Below, piece by piece: positions 58,390-64,000 of a stretch of DNA of 64,000 bases. The notes under the pieces were generated by a model. It did no database searches and was not told the origin of the DNA. It saw nothing but the letters and a program-made list of their open reading frames with translations. Numbering within the stretch: the first letter of the stretch is position 1; the number at the start of each line of letters is the position of its first letter. This stretch comes from an uncultured Bordetella sp. Its GTDB lineage: Bacteria > Pseudomonadota > Gammaproteobacteria > Burkholderiales > Burkholderiaceae_C. The DNA lies in the NCBI GenBank assembly GCA_964641795.1, contig CAZXLI010000003.1:4766-68765 (forward strand), given 5' to 3'. Both the position numbers and the translations under genes were made by a program.

Positions 58390-59238
58390 ATGCCCAATTT
58401 GCAGACCGCCGACGGCCTGGCCTTGCACTTGCGCCACTGGCCCGTGCGCGATGGTGCGCGCGGCACCGTGTTGATCGTCCATGGCCTGGGCGAGCACATC
58501 GGCCGCTACGCCCATGTGGCCGAGCACCTGAACCGCTGCGGCTGGCAGGTGGCCGGCTACGACCACCGCGGCCACGGCGCTTCCGGCGGCCGGCGCGGCG
58601 CCCTTGCCGCGGCCGACAGCCTGCTGGCCGATCTGGCCCTGGTGATCGATGCATTGCGACAGCAGCAGCCGGGGCCGCTGGTGCTGCTGGGGCACAGCAT
58701 GGGTGGGCTGGTGGCCGGGCGCTTCGTCGCCGAGGCCTTGAGCGAGGCGCCAGCATCATGGAGCCGGCCGGTCGAGGCGCTGGTGATGTCGTCGCCGGCG
58801 CTGGACCCGGGCATGAACGCGTTCCAGAAGGCGTTGCTGGCGCTGCTGGGTCCGCTGGCGCCGAACCTGGCGGTGAGCAACGGGCTGAATCCCGAATGGG
58901 TGTCGCGCGACCCGGCGGTGGTGCGGGGCTATCGCCGCGATCCGCTGGTGCACGACCGCATCACACCGCGGCTGGTGCGCTTCATCGTCGATGGTGGCGC
59001 GCAGGTGATTGCCGATGCGCCGCGTTGGCAGCTGCCGACCTTGCTGCTGTACGCCGGGGCCGACCGCTGCGTCGCACCGCGTGGCAGCGATGCGTTCGCC
59101 GCCGCGGCACCGAAGAGCGTGGTGGCACACCAGCGCTACGAGGGCTTCGCGCACGAGATCTTCAACGACCCCGAACAGGCCCGCGTGTTGGCCGACCTGG
59201 CGCGGTGGTTGTCCGCCCACGGGCTGTCGAACGCCTAA
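58390..59238 (+). CDS. Lysophospholipase/monoacylglycerol lipase (alpha/beta hydrolase)
   Basis: VHGLGEH.GRY, DHRGHG.S, GHSMGG, HEIFN. Confidence 0.9.
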   Translation: MPNLQTADGLALHLRHWPVRDGARGTVLIVHGLGEHIGRYAHVAEHLNRCGWQVAGYDHRGHGASGGRRGALAAADSLLADLALVIDALRQQQPGPLVLLGHSMGGLVAGRFVAEALSEAPASWSRPVEALVMSSPALDPGMNAFQKALLALLGPLAPNLAVSNGLNPEWVSRDPAVVRGYRRDPLVHDRITPRLVRFIVDGGAQVIADAPRWQLPTLLLYAGADRCVAPRGSDAFAAAAPKSVVAHQRYEGFAHEIFNDPEQARVLADLARWLSAHGLSNA

Positions 59239-59285
59239 ACTTCGGGCACCCCTGCCCACCTTCCGTTGCTGGAGCCACAAGCACC

Positions 59286-60761
59286 ATGAACGCACGCGAT
59301 CCGCTGCTGCCGCTGCAACCCGACGAGGCCACCGCGCTGGCCGCTTTCGCCAACCGCCGCTGGGACGAAGCCATCGTGCCGGCGCTCGTCGACTACATCG
59401 GCGTGCCTGCAAAGAGCCCGATGTTCGATGCCGAATGGCAGCAGCACGGCCACATCGACCGCGTGGTGCGCGATGCGGCGGCCTGGGTCGAAAGCCGCCA
59501 GGTCGCCGGGCTGAAGCTCGAGGTGGTGCGCATCGAGGGGCGCACCCCGGTGATCTTCTTCGAGGTGCCGGCCACCAAGGCCGGGTCCACCGATACCGTG
59601 GTGATGTACGGCCACCTCGACAAGCAGCCCGAATTCAACGGCTGGCGCAACGACCTTGGGCCGTGGACGCCGAAGTACGAGAACGGCCTGCTCTACGGCC
59701 GCGGCGGCGCCGACGATGGCTATGCGGTGTATGCCGCCATCACCGCGATCGAGGCGCTGGACGCGCAAGGCCTGCCACGGCCGCGCATCGTCGGCCTGAT
59801 CGAGAGCTGCGAGGAAAGCGGGTCCTTCGACCTGCCGGCCTACCTGGACGTGCTCAAGCCGCGGCTGGGCAATGTCAGCCTGGTGGTCTGCCTCGATTCC
59901 GGCGCCGGCAACTACGACCAGCTGTGGCTCACCACCTCGCTGCGCGGCATGGTGTCCGGCGTGCTGAAGGTCGAGATCCTGACCGAAGGCGTGCACTCGG
60001 GCGACGCCAGCGGCGTGGTGCCCTCGAGCTTCCGCATCCTGCGCCAGGTGCTCGACCGGCTGGAAGACTCGAAGACCGGGCGCCTGCTGCCCGACAGCTT
60101 CCATTGCCAGGTGCCGGCCGACCGGCTGGACCAGGCGCGCGCCGCGGCAGCGACCTTGGGCGACGAGGTGTGGAAGCGCTTCCCGTGGTCCTGTGGTGCC
60201 GATGGCGCGAGCGCGCTGCCGATGACCACCGATCCGGTCGAGGCGCTGCTGAATCGCACCTGGCGGCCGACCCTGTCGGTGGTCGGCGTCGATGGCTTCC
60301 CGGAACTGCGCAACGCCGGCAACGTGCTGCGGCCGTACACCGCGTTCAAGCTGTCGCTGCGCTTGCCGCCGCTGGTGGATGGCAACGAGGCGTCGATCAA
60401 GCTGAAGGCGCTGCTCGAAGACAACGCGCCGTACAACGCGCGGGTGGTCTTCCAGCCCGATGGCCGTGCCGGCGCACTGGGTGCCACCGGCTGGAATGCG
60501 CCCTCGCTGGCGCCGTGGCTGGCCGACGCGCTGGAGTCGGCGTCGCAGACGCACTACCAGGCGCCGGTCGGCTTCATTGGCCAGGGCGGCACGATTCCGC
60601 TGATGAACATGCTGCAGCAGGGCTTCCCGCGGGCGCAGATGATGGTCTGCGGCGTGCTGGGTCCGAAGAGCAATGCCCACGGGCCCAACGAGTTCCTGCA
60701 TGTGCCCTATGGCAAGCGGCTCACCGCCGCCGTGGCACAGGTGATCGCCGCCCATCCCTGA
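59286..60761 (+). CDS. M20/M25/M40 family metallopeptidase
   Basis: YGHLDKQP, YGRGGADD, EESGS, LDSG, NAHGPNE. Confidence 0.92.
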   Translation: MNARDPLLPLQPDEATALAAFANRRWDEAIVPALVDYIGVPAKSPMFDAEWQQHGHIDRVVRDAAAWVESRQVAGLKLEVVRIEGRTPVIFFEVPATKAGSTDTVVMYGHLDKQPEFNGWRNDLGPWTPKYENGLLYGRGGADDGYAVYAAITAIEALDAQGLPRPRIVGLIESCEESGSFDLPAYLDVLKPRLGNVSLVVCLDSGAGNYDQLWLTTSLRGMVSGVLKVEILTEGVHSGDASGVVPSSFRILRQVLDRLEDSKTGRLLPDSFHCQVPADRLDQARAAAATLGDEVWKRFPWSCGADGASALPMTTDPVEALLNRTWRPTLSVVGVDGFPELRNAGNVLRPYTAFKLSLRLPPLVDGNEASIKLKALLEDNAPYNARVVFQPDGRAGALGATGWNAPSLAPWLADALESASQTHYQAPVGFIGQGGTIPLMNMLQQGFPRAQMMVCGVLGPKSNAHGPNEFLHVPYGKRLTAAVAQVIAAHP

Positions 60762-60773
60762 GCGGCGCAGGCT

Positions 60774-61136
60774 TCAGCGAACGGCCGCCAGCGTGGTGGC
60801 CTGCGGCGTGCGCCGGGGCTGGCTGGCCACCGCGACGGACAGTTCGCCAGCCGGCAGCAGTTCGCCGCGGGCACGGGCGGCCAGCACCTCGGCCTTCACG
60901 CTGCTGCGGGCGACCACGGCGGCCGGGTAGCCGATGTTGCTGGCGCCGATGTCGCCGGCGGCAACCAGCTGGTGCGCCTTGCGCGCCTGGCGCACTTCGG
61001 CCTTCACTTCGCCGCGGCTGTGCGTGACGACGAACGGGGTCGTGTCGATGGTCGGGTCATCGGCCAGCGCAGCCGTGCTGGCCAGGGCCATCAGCGTGGC
61101 GGCGATTGCGGGAGCAATGAAGTAGCGGGTGTTCAT
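60774..61136 (-). CDS. DUF4148-like secreted protein
   Basis: Signal peptide and two 'SR.EV.AE...AR..G.L' type repeats. Divergent from a LysR gene. Confidence 0.75.
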   Translation of the reverse strand: MNTRYFIAPAIAATLMALASTAALADDPTIDTTPFVVTHSRGEVKAEVRQARKAHQLVAAGDIGASNIGYPAAVVARSSVKAEVLAARARGELLPAGELSVAVASQPRRTPQATTLAAVR

Positions 61137-61252
61137 GGTGGGGTTCCTTGGCATATCGTTGATTGCGATGGCCACACTTTAGGTATTTACCCGAACTCAA
61201 TAAATGGCCAGATCGGCAACGCGCCATTGACGATTCGCGAACAATCCGAGCC

Positions 61253-62287
61253 ATGGACCAGCTCAAAGCCATGCGGGCCTTCACCCGCGTCATCGACGAA
61301 GGCGGCTTTGCCGCGGCGGCCCGGGCGCTCGACATCGCGCCGGCCGTCGTCACGCGCCTGGTGGCCGATCTCGAAACCCACCTCGGCGCGCGGCTGTTGC
61401 ACCGGACCACGCGGCGCATTGCCCTCACCGAGGTCGGCGAGGCCTATCTCGAACGGGCGCGGCGCATCCTCGGCGAGATCGAGGAAGCCGAAGCGCTGGC
61501 CAGTGCGGCCACCAACGAGCCGCGCGGCCACCTGCGCGTGCTGGTGCCGCCGGCACTGGCGGTGCACCAGCTGGCCAAGCACTTGCCGCGTTTCCACAAG
61601 CAGTACCCGCTGGTGACGGTGGAGCTGCACTCGCCCGGACCGGTCGACGCGATGGACGAGAGCTTCGACCTGACGTTGCTGAGCAAGCGCGTGCCGCTCG
61701 ACGGCGATTTCGTGGCGCGGCGGCTGGCGCGCACCGAGGTCATCCTCTGTGCATCGCCGGAGTACCTGGAGCGGCGTGGCCGACCCCAACATCCAAAAGA
61801 CCTGGAGGGGCACGACACGCTGCTGCCGCCAATCTCCGACCTGCAGCGCGGCATCACCTTCCACAGCGGCCACTGGGGCGACGACGAGCCTGGCGGCGAA
61901 GCCGTGACCCTGCGGCCGCGCCGGCCGGTGCTGAGCACCTCGCATACCGACACGATGTACGCCGCGGCACTGCATGGCCTGGGCGTGGCCGGACTGCCGT
62001 CGTTCCTGATCGAGGACGCGCTGCACGAGCACGCCCTCGAACGCGTGTTGCCGGCGTGGCGGCTGTGGTCGATGACCCTGTGGGCCGCGATGCCGACCCG
62101 CAAGCATGTGCCGGCGCGCACGCGGGCCTTCCTCGAGTTCCTGGTGGCGATCTTCGGCGGCGAGGACCGCGATCCGTGGCTGGCCGCGGCCGGGTGCGAA
62201 ACGCTGCTGCAGGGCTGCCCGGCCAGTGCTGCTGCCGGCGCGGGACCCGCTGCGCGCGAGGCTGTGTCGGCGCTCAGCGCAGCGTGA
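61253..62287 (+). CDS. LysR family regulator (CrgA/DmlR-like)
   Basis: MDQLKAMRAF.RV...GGFAAAAR, LE.HLGARLL.RTTR. Confidence 0.93.
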   Translation: MDQLKAMRAFTRVIDEGGFAAAARALDIAPAVVTRLVADLETHLGARLLHRTTRRIALTEVGEAYLERARRILGEIEEAEALASAATNEPRGHLRVLVPPALAVHQLAKHLPRFHKQYPLVTVELHSPGPVDAMDESFDLTLLSKRVPLDGDFVARRLARTEVILCASPEYLERRGRPQHPKDLEGHDTLLPPISDLQRGITFHSGHWGDDEPGGEAVTLRPRRPVLSTSHTDTMYAAALHGLGVAGLPSFLIEDALHEHALERVLPAWRLWSMTLWAAMPTRKHVPARTRAFLEFLVAIFGGEDRDPWLAAAGCETLLQGCPASAAAGAGPAAREAVSALSAA

Positions 62288-63329
62288 AGGCCGATGTGGT
62301 CAGGGGCCCGGTCATCGGCTCGATCAGGCCGATCAGCGGCTTGAGCTCTCGGTAGCGCGTGGCCACCCGCGCGACGTAGCCGAAGAAGCGCGGCAGGTCG
62401 GTGCTGTAGCGCGGCTTGCCGTCGCGGTGCTTCAGGCGGCAGAAGATGCCCAGCACCTTCAGGTGGCGCTGCAGGCCCATCCACTCCAGCGCGCGCCAGC
62501 ATTCGCCGAAGTCCTCGGCCATGGCATGGCCGGCCAGCAGCCCGGCCGCGCGCGCCTGCTGCCACCAGCGCACCGCCCAGTCGAGCTCGCGGTCTTCTTC
62601 CCACGAGATGAATGCATCGCGCAGCAGCGAGGCGATGTCGTAGGTCACCGGGCCGCGCACGGCGTCCTGGAAGTCCAGGATGCCAGGATTCGGCTCGGTC
62701 ACCATCAGGTTGCGCGGCATCCAGTCGCGGTGCACCGCCACCTGGGGCTGCGCCAGCGCGCTGCCGATCAGCAGCTCGCAGACGCGCTGCCATTGCTGGC
62801 ACTGCGCGGGCGTCCAGCTGTGGCCGTACTCGCGCATCACGCACCAGGTTTCGAACAGCGACAGCTCGCGCTGCAGCAACGCGGTGTCGTAGGCCGGCAG
62901 GCCGTGGGGATCGACGCGTTGCTGAAACTGCACCAGCGCGTTCACCGCGTCGCGCATCAGGCGGTCGGCCTGTTCGGGAACCTGCAGCGCGTCGAGGTAC
63001 AGCACCGTTCCGAGGTCGGCCAGCAGCAGAAAGCCATGCTCGGTGTCTGCGGCCAACACCTCCGGCGCGTGCAGGCCGGCCGCGCGGATGCGGCCGGCGA
63101 TGTCGACGAAAGGCCGCACGTCCTCCTGCGGCGGCGGCGCATCCATCACGATGAACGATCGCTCGGGGCCGCGGACGCGGAAATAACGCCTGAAGCTCGC
63201 GTCCGTCGAGGCCGGCGCCAGGCTCGCGGCCTCGAACCCGAAGCGCTGGCACAGCGGCGCCAGCCAGGCGTTGAAGCGGGCCTCCCGCGTGGCATCGGGC
63301 CAGGTGATGGTGGCGTTGGCGGCGGTCAT
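62274..63329 (-). CDS. amgK: Anomeric MurNAc/GlcNAc kinase (APH-like phosphotransferase)
   Basis: DASFRRYFR, IVMDAPP, HRDW..RNLM, ILDFQDA..GP..YD. Divergent from lptD, a conserved arrangement. Confidence 0.85.
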   Translation of the reverse strand: MTAANATITWPDATREARFNAWLAPLCQRFGFEAASLAPASTDASFRRYFRVRGPERSFIVMDAPPPQEDVRPFVDIAGRIRAAGLHAPEVLAADTEHGFLLLADLGTVLYLDALQVPEQADRLMRDAVNALVQFQQRVDPHGLPAYDTALLQRELSLFETWCVMREYGHSWTPAQCQQWQRVCELLIGSALAQPQVAVHRDWMPRNLMVTEPNPGILDFQDAVRGPVTYDIASLLRDAFISWEEDRELDWAVRWWQQARAAGLLAGHAMAEDFGECWRALEWMGLQRHLKVLGIFCRLKHRDGKPRYSTDLPRFFGYVARVATRYRELKPLIGLIEPMTGPLTTSAFTLR

Positions 63330-63443
63330 CAGGCGGCAAGGCCCTCGTGGATAATCCGACGATTCTACGAATGGCCGGTGCCCGAGCCTGCCCCCTTGCC
63401 GGGCGGCCCCGCTTGGCGGGCCTTGCCGCTTGCTCCATTGCCT

Positions 63444-64000
63444 GTGCCCTTGTCCGACCGGCCCTTGTCCTCGCTGCGCCGACCCACCCTGACCGCGCTG
63501 GCGCTGGCCGCCGCGGCGGCCGTCGTGCGCGCCGAGCCGCCGCTGGTGCTGCAGCCCAGCACGCAGTTGCAGCCGGTGCCGCGCGGCGAGCAGATCAGGC
63601 AGCGGCCGGTGATCCTGCAAGCCGACGAGTTGCGTGCGCGGCCCGATCTCGACGCCGTGGCCGAGGGCCATGTCGAGTTCCGGCGCGCCGGTACGGTGAT
63701 CCGTGCCGACCGCCTCACCTACGACAGCCCCGATGACCTGGCCGTGGCGCGCGGCCATGTGCAGATCCTGCGTGAGGGCAGCATCTTCCGCGGCCCCGAG
63801 TTGCAGCTGAAGGTGCAGCGGTTCGAAGGCTTCTTCCTGCAGCCCGAGTTCGAGTTGCCGCTGCTGGGTTCGGGCGGGCGCGCCGACCGGGTGGACTTCC
63901 TCGATTCGTCGCGCTCGCAGATGAGCCATGCGGTCTACTCCAGCTGTCCACGCGACGGCTCCGGCGATCCCGACTGGCTGTTGCGTGCCGACCGCGTGCG
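63444..64000 (+). CDS. lptD: LPS-assembly protein LptD (5' part, runs off the window)
   Basis: My translation: signal-like segment, then 'AEGHVEFRR.GTVIRADRLTYD..DDLAVARGHV', 'GPELQLK', 'YSSCP...PDW.LRA'. Start approximate. Confidence 0.88.
   Translation, partial: MPLSDRPLSSLRRPTLTALALAAAAAVVRAEPPLVLQPSTQLQPVPRGEQIRQRPVILQADELRARPDLDAVAEGHVEFRRAGTVIRADRLTYDSPDDLAVARGHVQILREGSIFRGPELQLKVQRFEGFFLQPEFELPLLGSGGRADRVDFLDSSRSQMSHAVYSSCPRDGSGDPDWLLRADRV

Overview
High-GC betaproteobacterial chromosomal window (Burkholderiales-like gene content and order). It mostly carries housekeeping and accessory metabolic or signalling genes: pyrF, purB, amgK, the start of lptD, two MCPs, several histidine kinases, an Afu/Fbp-type ABC transporter, lysine catabolism and a D-amino-acid cluster. 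I saw no rRNA, tRNA, CRISPR array, transposase or integrase. The best finding is a retron on the minus strand at about 39867-41425. It has a myxobacterial (Mx162)-like reverse transcriptase preceded by a readable msr/msd ncRNA (13/14-bp a1/a2 inverted repeat, candidate branching G in an AGC context, msr stem-loops, msd hairpin). There is no room for an effector gene on either side. Other notable items: (1) a cyclase-like/STAND-ATPase/TPR gene whose TPR half, plus a small secreted protein, lies in a compositionally distinct patch, next to a PLD, an unannotated 33-aa membrane ORF and a CRP with a near-perfect CRP box; (2) two Tat-lipoprotein intradiol dioxygenases, one carried on four cadherin-like repeats; (3) a shared TGTATC-N3-GATAC operator around an RpiR/HexR-like regulator; (4) a sigma-28 promoter; (5) a dispersed REP-like element family. 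Starts were chosen by eye and product calls come from recognised motifs, not database searches.
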